Shown here piece after piece: positions 1 to 10,500 of a stretch of 15,287 nucleotides of DNA. The DNA comes from Paraspadella gotoi. Lineage: Eukaryota; Animalia; Chaetognatha. The stretch is taken from positions 1-15,287 of the forward strand of contig JBJCIZ010000509.1 in assembly GCA_051294375.1 (NCBI GenBank). The letters run 5' to 3'. Positions within the stretch are counted from its first letter, which is position 1; every line of letters begins with the position of its first letter. The notes under the pieces were generated by a model. It was not told where the DNA came from. It did not search any database and worked only from the letters and a program-made list of their open reading frames with translations. The position numbers were made by a program, and so were the translations under genes.

Positions 1-154
1 CAATTTCCCTTTCAAATCCCCGCGGAACAGCTCCGCCCGACGCGAAAAGAACAAACCCTTGTCCCACATCTGGCAACCGCACAGTGGCCCCGGAATGAAC
101 CTACTCCTCAGGGTGGAAGCCGCCGCCAACGGAGCGTCCTGATCTGACCAAGAC

Positions 155-208
155 ATGGCGATGCCTGCCTCTTCAGAACCCCTCTCCCCAGAATTTTCCG
201 CTTTCTAC
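155..208 (+). CDS. Candidate first coding exon (MAMPASSEPLSPEFSAFY), product unknown
   Basis: ATG at 155 with G at -3 and G at +4 (gacATGG). Eighteen open codons end in phase 0 at a perfect GTAAGT donor (209-214). No downstream exon or homology recognised. Confidence 0.2.
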
Positions 209-213
209 GTAAG

Positions 214-490
214 TGACGCGCTGACGCCGGTGACGCGTGGCTGACAAATTCCAATGGCGCGATGTCAGACGCTCCGTGATCCCGGAGTGCGATTTCTCAA
301 CACGAACTAGCATACTTGCCGAGGGCCCCAGGTTAAGATGATTCGTGTGTCCTTCTCATGGGCCCAGCCTCAGGAATAACGGTTCTTTGTTTCTTTTTCA
401 TCGCTAAACTTAACATCGAGGGCTTTTTTTGTGACGTGAGGTTCCCTCCGCTTGAGCGGTGCGGCGTCGTTTGCGACTCGGCGCGGAAGT
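214..490. promoter_or_regulatory. Promoter-like motif cluster in a CpG-containing segment
   Basis: TGACG at 214, 222 and 231, CCAAT at 251, GTGACGTG at 431, GCGGAAGT (ETS-like) at 483. Motif matches only. Confidence 0.25.
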
Positions 491-3400
491 TCACAGCCAA
501 GTCGGAGCTAAAAAAGGGGTGAGAAAGGCCGAATTCACTTTCTATTGACTATGTCATTTCCTACGAGTATAACTTTTTTAAAAAAATTTAATGAAATGAT
601 TTCTGTATATATACAATAGAAGCAGACAAAATGCCCTATTCCCGAGCGCGATAAACACTACTAACAAATACTGTCTAATCTCAGGCCTCTAAACATCTAG
701 TAAAAGCAGAAGTGTAATTTTTCGCCGCTTTTCTCTGCCTACTTGAGTGATTCGATCAAGCGCATAAAATAACAAATTCATGATGCAATCGGCCTACAAG
801 TTGAAAGCAGACAGTAATTATTGAATAAGCTGTTAATGACAGAACAACGTCTCAATATAAGCCTAGTCCCTGAGACTTCGGATCAGGCCTGTAACACCAT
901 GTCCTGTACAGGCGGTCAAGGGCTTAAGCGCTCCCGTCCCTCCTTAACTGCCAGACGACCACCGGGCAAGAACCACGGACCTTTGGCTTGGGCCAGGGCC
1001 GATATGACTTGCCCTCGCGCCCACCATGGCCCGCTGTCATGAACGCGCTGTGGCTGGCATTTAGTCCACCATAAAGTTATTATATAACCTTAAAAGGTCA
1101 AGACAAATATTCAATAAAAAAATAACTGAGGCGCAGCCCATATTTATTTTTTTTCATCCTGCTTTTAGTTGCTCCATAATTTATGGTATTGCTTTTTAGT
1201 TTGCGCTTCTTGTCCTATGGCCGAAAAGACCTTACTTTGCTGCTTCCAATTTTAGAATTGGCTCTCACGATTTTTCCTATGGTCACAAATTTGGAAAAAA
1301 AAAAATGCTTATTAACAAAAATAATTATTATGTGAATTTCCAGTAATTCAATATTAGCAGCTGTTTTAATTTTAATAAACTATTCAAAACAATAATTTTT
1401 TAAAAGACGTGAAGAGATTTATTATTCGGGAAGGGTCCATCTCTTTATCGTGCCCGACTAACTTAAGGTCAAGCAATAATTAGCGGACAGAAATGACAGC
1501 ACTTCCCTACGGGCGCTGTTCACAAAAAAAAGCATATGGCTGCCTTCTCTGGACACTTAGAGAAGGTCATGGTTGCCGCCATGCGGAAATCTTTTTAATT
1601 GATTGTGTTGCTCATTACAACCTTTTACAAGTTGTACATATCATATTAAATTTTTATTTAACCAGCCAACGATTTTTTTAATTAATCTCAAAAGAGCTGG
1701 ACCTTCCAGTAAAGTTGGACAATTTCTGTGGATTGCGAGTTCTTGTTAATCGTCTCAGAATTTGCGTTTATTTCTAAGCTAATCTTGCTCTGCCTACTAC
1801 AATACGATTAGCCAAGAATTTCCAAAGTAAATTATTAGCTATGAATGCGTTCACCTTTCGTTACGCAAATAGGCGTGAAACAGCAGCAGCGATTAGTCGC
1901 GCAATGAACAACCTATTAGTTAATGTCATTTATTCATGAAAGATAACAAAAAGCAATCACACATAATACACATAACAAACACAAAAGACTCAAGATAAAT
2001 AACATAGCAACAGTTTTTGAGGAAAACCGTAAAGTCAAGAAATTTATTAACTAAAACAAAAAAAAATTTTACGTAATTATTGTTTGAAAAAATGGCCACT
2101 GCAGTCTGTCATCTCTCAGTCGATGACCCGCAATTTAAATTTAATTACGTTTTTGCCCTGAATGAGGTTAACTAGTATGTTAATACGCTCTGGACAAGAT
2201 TTATATTAATTTATAAAAATCCTAATTATAGCATTGAAGAAATTTTTTCTTACGAAATAAAATAAAACTTCTGCAAAAAAAATTTATTTCAAGTTATCTA
2301 TTCAATCCTTTTAAAGTCGCCAAATAAATATGGGTTCTTAAAACTTAAAAAATCCTTAAAAAGATGTATTTTCGTGTATTGCCACATATTGTCTTATTTT
2401 AAGTTTTATCTACTAATGCCCTTAAAAAACAAGAACAAGTTTCGCGCCGGCGTATATTTTTAGCAGAGAGCATCATTATGAATTTAAATTATCGGATCAA
2501 CAGAATTCAGATTCCTCACGCGGCTTTCGTTGTTGGTTTTTAGACTAGGTACACATCTTTCGGTCTAATCGACTAAGAGTCGATATGATAAAACGATTCG
2601 ATGATCCTCAAATGCGCCCTTCAACAAAACACAGAGTTTCATCCTCCCTCAGATATTGAGTATGGTTTTCTATTTTTTGCTAACATTTCATGACTTACAA
2701 TCATCAAGCCTAAACATTCTTTTATGCCTTTAAAAAATGAAAGATTACGCTGCATGCCAATAATTGTAAACCTTAAAAAGAAATAGCGAAAGCGCCACTT
2801 AATAATAATTAGTAGAAAATAGAAAGAAAAAACAAGAATGAAAGCAGACAATTTTGACCGCGTTCTCGCCAGGTTCCGCCAGACAAAACTCCGCTTCAGC
2901 CGCAATCACTTCCAGATGTAAAAATGATATGGTTTTTCTAAAGTACAAAAATTTTTCTACAAGATAAAACAAAAAAAAAGTTATGAGGACAATTAAGTTT
3001 TTAAAAAATGCTAAACAAGTATTAAGTGGGCAGGCATATAGCATTGAATCTAATTCGATCCAAAAGCAATACCATTAACTTTAAAAAAATAATAAATTAA
3101 AATCTACTTCTTACGCGTCATTGATTTAAATACAAACATGGATGTGTCTCTTCATGTCATCACAATAATAATCAGTACATCGCTTCCTCGCGATAACAGT
3201 CACGCAAAAATTTATTCAAAAAGAACTTCGCGCAGGTGCGGTGGCATTCGTAATAATTTATTTTAGTTATTTATCGCGAGCTCATGATGTACTTGGAAAC
3301 AGCTTTAAAATTAAATAAGGCCTTGCGGATAAAACCGTTAAATAGTTTGGCGCGAAGAGGGTTAAAATTGCACTCTGATTTAAGCCTTGTGCAAAAAATA

Positions 3401-4472
3401 GGCTAGGGTGTTCAAAGGCGGGCATAAGAAAAAAATCAAATTTTTAGTCTATTCTGCTTATAAAGCCCGATTGTAATAGCTTAATAGCTTTACTTGGAAT
3501 GTATTTTGTGCTATTTAAGAAGGTAATTATCTCACACTAAATACATTTAATCTCACGCTGAAGTATACTTTAATTTTACGAAATTGTCATTTTTTTATCG
3601 GTAAATTGGCAATAAAAAGGCTATTCTTATCTTGAAATTCTGATATTAAAAAGATGTAAATCACTTTAATAATTGCAAATAATCAAAACAACCTTACATC
3701 TGTAACTGGCTGTATAAAATAACTAAATTCACTTCAAATGTACAAATAATTCTGCCCTCATTAAGGTTATGAGAATAACTAAAATCGAATCGAAATAGTC
3801 GGCACAAAATTGCATCGAAAATTGTGTTGCCATGTTGGATAATCATTGTATTTTTTTGTGTGCTGTTAAATAATTATACTCTAAACTGCCACCGCGCGCC
3901 ACCTCATTAGCTGGCCCTGCAGTTGTAACAGATAAAGTCCAAAAAAAATGCCAGCCCTAACTCTCCCCCCTCTTGCCAACAAAAGAACAAATTGATTAGA
4001 TTATCAGCGAATTAAATGCCAACTCTAACGTAAAAAAAGCCCCTGAAAAAACCGCGCTTTGCGGATGACGGCCGTTCCTGCGCCCTGATCAAATTCCCGT
4101 ATTACCTATTATGGATCAAAAAGATAAAATTTTTTTGTGAATTTCCCTTACTTTTGTTTAAATTTAGCAAAAATTGCGCAACGAATGACTGTTCCAGAGG
4201 CCTAATTTAAACAAATTATAATCGCATATTCTCTTTTAAATTGGCCCAAAAAAAAATCATTTTAAAATAAGCTTATGACCGGAATTCAATTATCAGCGCC
4301 CCAATTCATTCACGAGCCAGCTTTAACCGTACTCGATTTTGTTTATAGCCCAACGCCGTAATAATAAAAGTCGAGGGATTGAAAAAAAAATCCCCGCTTA
4401 AAAAAAAATGTTAGGCCTCTTAAATATGATGAGAATCAAAATATAACAAGTGCTCAATATGCCGCATTTAGC

Positions 4473-4491
4473 AAAAAAAAAAAAAAAAAAA
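4473..4491 (+). repeat. Poly(A)19 run
   Basis: Counted directly. Lies at the boundary between the long AT-rich block and the 4550-5220 GC-rich block. Confidence 0.95.
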
Positions 4492-4549
4492 CTTGGAGTG
4501 TTGAAATCTGTTTGTTGCTTGTTGTAGTGTTTTTTAATTCAGTTGACTA

Positions 4550-5220
4550 CGCCTGCCCCTCTCGCGCTCGAATGGAAAGGCACACCGCCACAGACGTCGA
4601 AATCGGCCACACGAAGCGGAGGCAAACTTTGTGGCTTGCTTTGTCGCTTTTCCTTTTTTCTTCCGGAGTTGCCGCAGAAGCGGGGAAGGAAAGGGCGGGG
4701 GGGGGCGCAAAGGCGCCTAGCGGCAGGCGCCGAACGCGCTCGATTTTTTCGCGGTTTTTTTCAGTCGTCGTCGTTTTCGATCGTCGTCTTTTTGTCGTTC
4801 GTCGTTATTTCGTCGCTCGTCGTTTTCGTCTTCCGGCTCGGAAGCGGAACATTCTCACGTTCGCCGCTTCGCTCCTTTTCTCAATTCGGGTCCGGTCGCG
4901 GGATCGCCGTCTCTCTCTCTCGCCGAACGGGCCGACGCCCCATTCGGCTGCGCGAGGCCGGATAGAGACGGGACGCCATCCGCCTCTACTGATAGAGAGA
5001 TAGCCTCGGATCGTCGGCCAGCGGCAGACGTTGGGGAAGCGCGCAAATGGCTTGGACGCAGATGCAGATTGTTTCGCCTCACGTGCAATCGAATTGTCCT
5101 TCGGCCCCACAATATCCATGAAGAAAAGATAAATAAAAATTAAAACAAAAGCGAAGCGTAGATATCAACTGGGCAAGCGTCCGTCCTGTTTTGGGGGCCT
5201 CGGCGGAGGGGCCCAAAAAC
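4550..5220. other. GC/CpG-rich segment containing a degenerate (TCG/GTC)n tract (about 4765-4830) and a G9 run (4697-4705)
   Basis: Dense CpG, with repeated tcgtcg and ttttcg words. Boundaries approximate. Confidence 0.75.
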
Positions 5221-5599
5221 AAAGTAGTAATTGAGTCGTCGCCAGTTATGAAGCTTTTAAAATATTAGCCGCATCGATATTGAACACAAAACAAATAATA
5301 AATAAATAATAAATTTTACAACTAAATAATTATTTCAAATAAGCTAAAAAAATACCGCTAAACTATTGGAATTTAAAAAGAAGGATCTAAAAAATAGATA
5401 GTAAAGAAACTCAATCAATTCAAATTGAAAATTAAACTATGAATCAATTTATTAATCAGTATAAAATCACGCTCAATCACTCAAAATTAAGAAAAATACA
5501 AATTTGACTCAGTCCAACAATCAGTGCAATCAGCTTTACATCTTAACTTTTATTCACTCAATCAATCAAAGTTAAGAAATGAAAGTAGTCCTTACGATC

Positions 5600-6280
5600 C
5601 AATCCTCCGATGTATCGAGCGTGATTTGCGCAATGTCCCCACACGGCGCTGACGATGGCGATTAGAGCCATTCTTCCCTTGCAGCACCCCGGAAGCACGC
5701 CCAAGCTAGCGCCCCCGATTCGCTACTACGAAGAACGAGAGCGTCCCTCGTCCAATGTCTTAGGACGACGTGGAATTTTGTCCGGCGCCACCACAAAAGT
5801 TTTCGTCGGCGGTTGGCGAGGCCGCGGGCTAATTGTGGCCCGGGTGGTTTCTTGAGTCGTGTGATAGATTTGTGCGGCCCAAGCTCCCAGCCCCAGCTCT
5901 CGCCGCTTGGACCGACGGAGGCTTTGGTTAGCCGCACGCAGTTGCGAGCGGGCGTTTATTTGCGGGGATCGCCACCGCGCCACCACGGCGTGCGTGCCTC
6001 TTTGACGCGACGACCACGTGCATCTCCCAACACGTTGCGAGGCGCGCGTGCTTAGCCGACGGCGACCCCGGCATGCCAGTCCGTCGACTGCGCGACCGGT
6101 GCTGGCGGTCCCTGAAACGTCAGTTTGTCGTCGTCCTCATTGACTGCCAAAATGTTTGAGGCCTTGCTGCGTCGCGGGTTCCACGAGTTGCGACTCCTGG
6201 TTGACCGGAGGAAAAGGGGGGGGAGAAGTTGAATGAATTCGGGTTCGCATTCCGCCTTACGCTGTGACCTGCCTGTACCT
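5600..6280. other. GC/CpG-rich segment
   Basis: 5941-6000 is 42/60 GC, versus 7/60 at 5281-5340 and 8/60 at 6601-6660. Boundaries approximate. Confidence 0.75.
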
Positions 6281-7379
6281 GGTATTAATAACTTTCAGAA
6301 TTGTCTTTGATATAACACTTTAACTGGCTTAATCTCTTCTGCGTGACACTGGAAAGCGACCTAATCCCCTCAGGCCCTCTCGTGACCACAATGACTTCCT
6401 GAGAAGGGCCCCCTCTTGCTTTTTATTGTCAATGCGCCATTCTTGGCTCGGGCGTCTCAAGATTTTAACGATGAAACTTTTTCGGCTGAGATTTCAACAA
6501 AAAAGCTTTGCCCTTTTGTTTTTAATTTTAGTATAAAATTTTCAAAATTTGTAAACAAAATTTTTTTAAGAAAAATATGTTAGAGCAAAGTCTTGATTTG
6601 GTTATTGCTACAACGATTAAAAAAAAATTTTAAAATTCTTAAACAAAAATTTAAAAAAAATTAGAAAACACTTTAACATTTAATTTTAAGGCAAAACTTT
6701 TTTATTATCTAATTATTTATTTAGCTGAATATTTCAATCGTAACAGCCATTTCCTTATTACGCTAACTAATCCTCATATAATTTCCAGCAAGCGAAAAAA
6801 AACAATCGGCAATTCATAATCGACCGCGAACTCGCAAATCTGGAAGCATTTCGGCGGAGCGCGATTAAAAAATAATAAGCGCCGTTATTTGCCGAAATGA
6901 TGCCCGTCGCGGCACGCCGGTCTTTTATACTATCGGCCGCTGCCCCCCGTCAGCAAAAAAAACCGCTGCCCAAAAGGCAACCTCTCAAAAAAGGCTGTTT
7001 CTACCCTAATACGTTCCTCTACGCCCCAGTCAGAGAAACTCAGCCATTATTTTGATTTAATCAATTCCTCCCATACCCGCGCTTCGACTCTCCCGTTCTG
7101 CCCGGATTCGCCTATGACTGCTCTCTCATTCTCTTTCTCTTTTCTCTGTTTTTTTTCATGCTTATATTCTCGTTCTCTCTCACTACAGCTTCACTCTCGA
7201 AATCTGCGACCGAAATCAATATTAACATACCCTCTCCGAAAGAGCTTTTACTACACCTCTTAAACCCTCTCCAGAAACCCCCATTCGTTTTTTTTTTGTC
7301 CAAAGCACTCCCAAACCCGACGCCGACATCCCCCTAAAAAAAACCCTTAATAACACCCCCGAAACCTTCCACAACCTCC

Positions 7380-8460
7380 CCAGCCCCTGCCGCGAAACCC
7401 ACCTGGACTCCGCCGAGCGCCGGCGCGCATGTCGCAGCCCAATCATGTCGAGGCGAACGGCTTGGCGGTCGACCGAGAGGGATGCTTCGGGGCTGAGGAC
7501 CGGAGGCCGCCCCGAGCGAGCGCCCGCCCCCGACGACCCCGTCCCGACCGAGGAATAGTTGCGGAAGGTTGATGGCGGTCTTATTAGGCGGCCCGCCGCG
7601 TGCCGCGGGTCCCCTCGTCAGGGTCTTTATGCCGCCGAGAACTTTTTGTTCCCATCATAGCAGATGGAGAATCCTGGAGGCGGCGCGTCGGAGGGTGAAG
7701 CCTGCCGATGAGGAGGGAGGAAGTGGAGGATGGCTCGGAAACGAGCGGAGCGGAGCGAGGCTTGAATCCGGAGTGAAGATGGCCGCCCACTGGCCGCGAA
7801 GCCCCGAAGCAGGCTGCCGGCCCGGCGGATTGCCGCAGGCCCGGAGAGGCGCGAAGCTTCCGGCGGCCGCGAGAAATCCGTGGTCGCCGGAAGGACGAAA
7901 GCCGCCAGAGAGGCGGAGAAAAAGGCCCGTGAGCCGCGCCCGTCACGGCTGCGTTGAGCGCAAAGAAAACGGCCGGCGAGGGGGCAGCCAGCGTGCTATG
8001 GCGTAGCGGCGGACAACGGCAGGCCCGTAGGGCGTGGCCGGCGGCGCATCACCCCGCGCGCCGGCCATCGTTTTTGCGCCTCGCCGCGCGGGGAGTTTGC
8101 CCTGTCAAAAGATTCCGCGCGCCGCCGTCGCAACGAAGACGGGACGAAGACGGCGTCAACGCGAAGCAGGAGACGACGCAACGGCGGCGTCGTACGGGGC
8201 GAGAACGAGCAGGGCGCGCCGGAGGGCGTGGCCGCGCTTCCGCCGCTGCGCCGGCGGCTGCGCCGTAGTTAGCTGTACGCAGGCGATGGCGGCTGCGGCG
8301 AACCGCGCCAAGCGTCGCGCGCGGCTGAGAAGCAGGAGAGGTGAGGAGGATCTCACCATGGCCGACCGCGAAGTGATTGGCGTGGGGCAGAAGATAAAAA
8401 GTCACTCCCCCGGGGGCGGAGCCGCAGGCGGTGAGTGAGCGCGCCGTCTATTGGGAGGCG
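7380..8460. promoter_or_regulatory. About 1.1 kb CpG-island-like GC-rich region with promoter-type motifs
   Basis: 8221-8280 is 46/60 GC with abundant CpG. CCAAT at 7439, YY1-like AAGATGGCCGCC 7776-7787, ETS-like CTTCCGG 7857 and CCGGAAG 7887, reverse CCAAT (GATTGG) 8375, GC box GGGGCGGAGC 8413-8422. The composition is certain; promoter function is inferred. Confidence 0.45.
8286..8430 (+). CDS. Candidate first coding exon (MAAAANRAKRRARLRSRRGEEDLTMADREVIGVGQKIKSHSPGGGAAG), product unknown
   Basis: In-frame ATGs at 8286 (gcgATGG) and 8358 (caccATGG), both in strong Kozak context. Open to a GTGAGT donor at 8431 (phase 1). No family recognised. Confidence 0.3.
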
Positions 8461-8493
8461 AGCAGTGCTAGCTTTTTTGTTTTTTTTTTTTAG
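8431..8493 (+). other. Candidate 63-nt GT-AG spliceosomal intron
   Basis: Starts GTGAGT and ends with an almost pure T tract (8473-8491) followed by AG at 8492-8493. Confidence 0.35.
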
Positions 8494-8702
8494 ATGGAGC
8501 GTGTGTGTTGGTGCCCGAGCCAAATTCTCTTTTTTTGCTGGGTTAGCTATCGTTTGTTGTTGTTGCTATTGTGCTTGTTGTTGCTTAAATGTCTATGCAG
8601 CGTGCCGGAACGAGGCTTTTGAAGCAGACAAAATGAGAAAAGACTAAGCAATATTAGTGATTAATTCAATCAAGAAGCTATTTGAAGAGATTAAATGCCG
8701 TT

Positions 8703-8810
8703 AGAGAGACGAGAGACGGGAGAGAGAGAGAGAGAAGAGAGAGGAGAGAAGAGAGAGAAGAGAGAGCAGAGAGATCGATGAGCAGACGACGAGAGAGGAG
8801 AGAGAGAGAG
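8703..8810 (+). repeat. Degenerate (GA)n purine-rich tract
   Basis: Nearly all A/G with GAGA periodicity. Confidence 0.9.
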
Positions 8811-8882
8811 CCAATCAATTAGAATTCTTCCGTCTAGCAAAAATAAAACATTTTTTTCTTTCCAAGCCTCCACTACTAACGG

Positions 8883-9130
8883 AAATCATTTTTCCCCACC
8901 ATCCTCATCCACCTCCCACCGCTTCCCACCTCCCTCTGCCTTTTTCATTTCCTCCCTCCCCATCCTCTTTCCAGCCTTTTCCCATTCCACCACGGCTTCA
9001 CAATCCTAATCCTTCCACCACGCACATCCCATCACCCGCTCCTGACAGCTGGTCCTCGTACTCCCAACTGCCTGTCTCCCACGCGCGCATTCCCCCAACC
9101 TCCCCTACTACTCTCCCATGCGACATCTCC
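8883..9130 (+). repeat. C-rich, G-poor low-complexity tract
   Basis: Only 7 G in 8883-9040, with many CCC runs (ctcccacc-like words). Confidence 0.8.
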
Positions 9131-10139
9131 CTGCCTTAACGTGTCGTTATTCTGTCGAAGCTTAAGTTAATCCAGAAATATGAGCATTAAGGGCGAAGAG
9201 CGATTAGAGCAAAAGCTAGAATTCTGCGCGCGATTAAACGAGTAATGAGAGATATTTTGCATCATGAAGAGTAACGAATGCAAATGTTCGCTGTTAGCAT
9301 GAATGATTTATAGAATATGTCATACTTTGACTCTGATTGTAGTTTTGAGGAATCCGTCACGGTTAGAATGAAGAAGCTGTTCATTTGAGTTGATAATTTA
9401 ATTAGATTTATTAGTTTTCTTATAATTGATCACGGACTGTCTGAGCGCATTAGATTGGATTCCAAGTGAAGGATCAAAAGCATAGCAGACATAGAAGATT
9501 AATTATTCCATAATTTTCACACACACCACTTTGTTAAGTGCCAAACACCAGACGGTTCCGCGACAAATGCTCATCTCGTCTCAGCTGGAGATTTCACCCG
9601 GCATCTTTCCAGTTTGTCTCTTTCAATGCAAAAGAAGCAATACGATCAGCCTGTTCATTCAACATGTTTTTTAGTGTCTTTTATTATCCTTCACACCGCC
9701 TCACACATTCAGGTTGCGAATACATGCCCAAACTTTCTTGTTATGTTACTTTGCACCATAAACGCCGGGTCATTTAAAAAGAGACTAAAACTTCACGGTT
9801 TCGGCCACTCTAGACTGCAAAAGCTAAACGCCTGCCCCGCCTGAAATAATGCAAAAATAACCAAGAAGCACGCGTTTCACCGAACCGCGGATCTGTACTG
9901 AAAAACGAAATGTGTTCATCTAACTTAAAGCTTTAACTTCGAAATAAAAGTCAAAGCCAACGCGCAAAAACATAAGAAGATTCACTGCGATATTAACGTT
10001 CATTATCGCTCCGGTTATTCCCAATCGCGTTATTCCCAACATTAAAGAGCTTCCGGCGTCGCCGTGCGCCTGTGAAAAAAAGCGGGAAAAAAACGAAAGG
10101 CAAGATATCATTGAACAAAGGCCTGATACCAACGAATCG

Positions 10140-10465
10140 CACGAGAGAGAGAGGAGATGAGATAGTAGGAGCAGGAGAGAATGAGAAGTAGAAGAGAGAG
10201 TAGGAGAGAGGAGGAGTACGCAGAGATGAGAGAGATGAGACGAGAGAGAAAGGCAAAAGATGAGCAGAGAGAGAAAGGCAGCAAGGCCATTAGCGAGAAG
10301 CGGCCTCTCTGTATTCGCATGGCCTGATTGAAGCCGCACAAAAGGAAGAAGCAGCTTGGAAGAGGCCAGCGCAGCGAGAAGACGATATGATGCACGATGA
10401 AGATGCATGCATCAAGATGAGGCCAGGCCAGGAGAAGAAAAAAATTGAGGAGGAGGAGAGAGAGC
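10140..10465 (+). repeat. Degenerate GA-rich low-complexity block
   Basis: GAGA, GGAG, GATGAG and GCAG words dominate the + strand. Confidence 0.85.
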
Positions 10466-10500
10466 GATCTCTCTCTCTCCCTTCTCTCTGTCTCCGTTAG

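Noticed and set aside
4473-4491. Poly(A) as a retroposon or processed-pseudogene tail
   Set aside because: No convincing target-site duplication, no SINE A/B boxes and no upstream ORF. A/T homopolymers are frequent throughout the window.
4512-5119. Overlapping ORFs of 85-163 aa
   Set aside because: They arise from TCG/GTC low-complexity, GC-rich sequence and translate to R/V/S/F runs.
5189-5218. Hairpin TTTTGGG-gg-CCTC-ggcg-GAGG-gg-CCCAAAA as a terminator or Helitron end
   Set aside because: The stem is interrupted, there is no upstream gene, and no nearby CTRR terminus.
6240-6255. CGGGTTCGCATTCCG resembling a tRNA T-arm or Pol III B box
   Set aside because: The invariant A58 is replaced by C, the stem is imperfect, and no A box or cloverleaf lies upstream.
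6436-6449. GCCATTCTTGGCTC resembling the dinoflagellate spliced-leader core GCCATTTTGGCTCAAG
   Set aside because: Needs an insertion, lacks the flanking CCGTA and AAG, and is a single short match.
7569-8438. Multiple Arg/Ala/Gly/Pro-rich ORFs on both strands
   Set aside because: Expected at above 70% GC. They overlap in several frames with no protein motif. Only the 8286-8430 portion has independent start and splice support.
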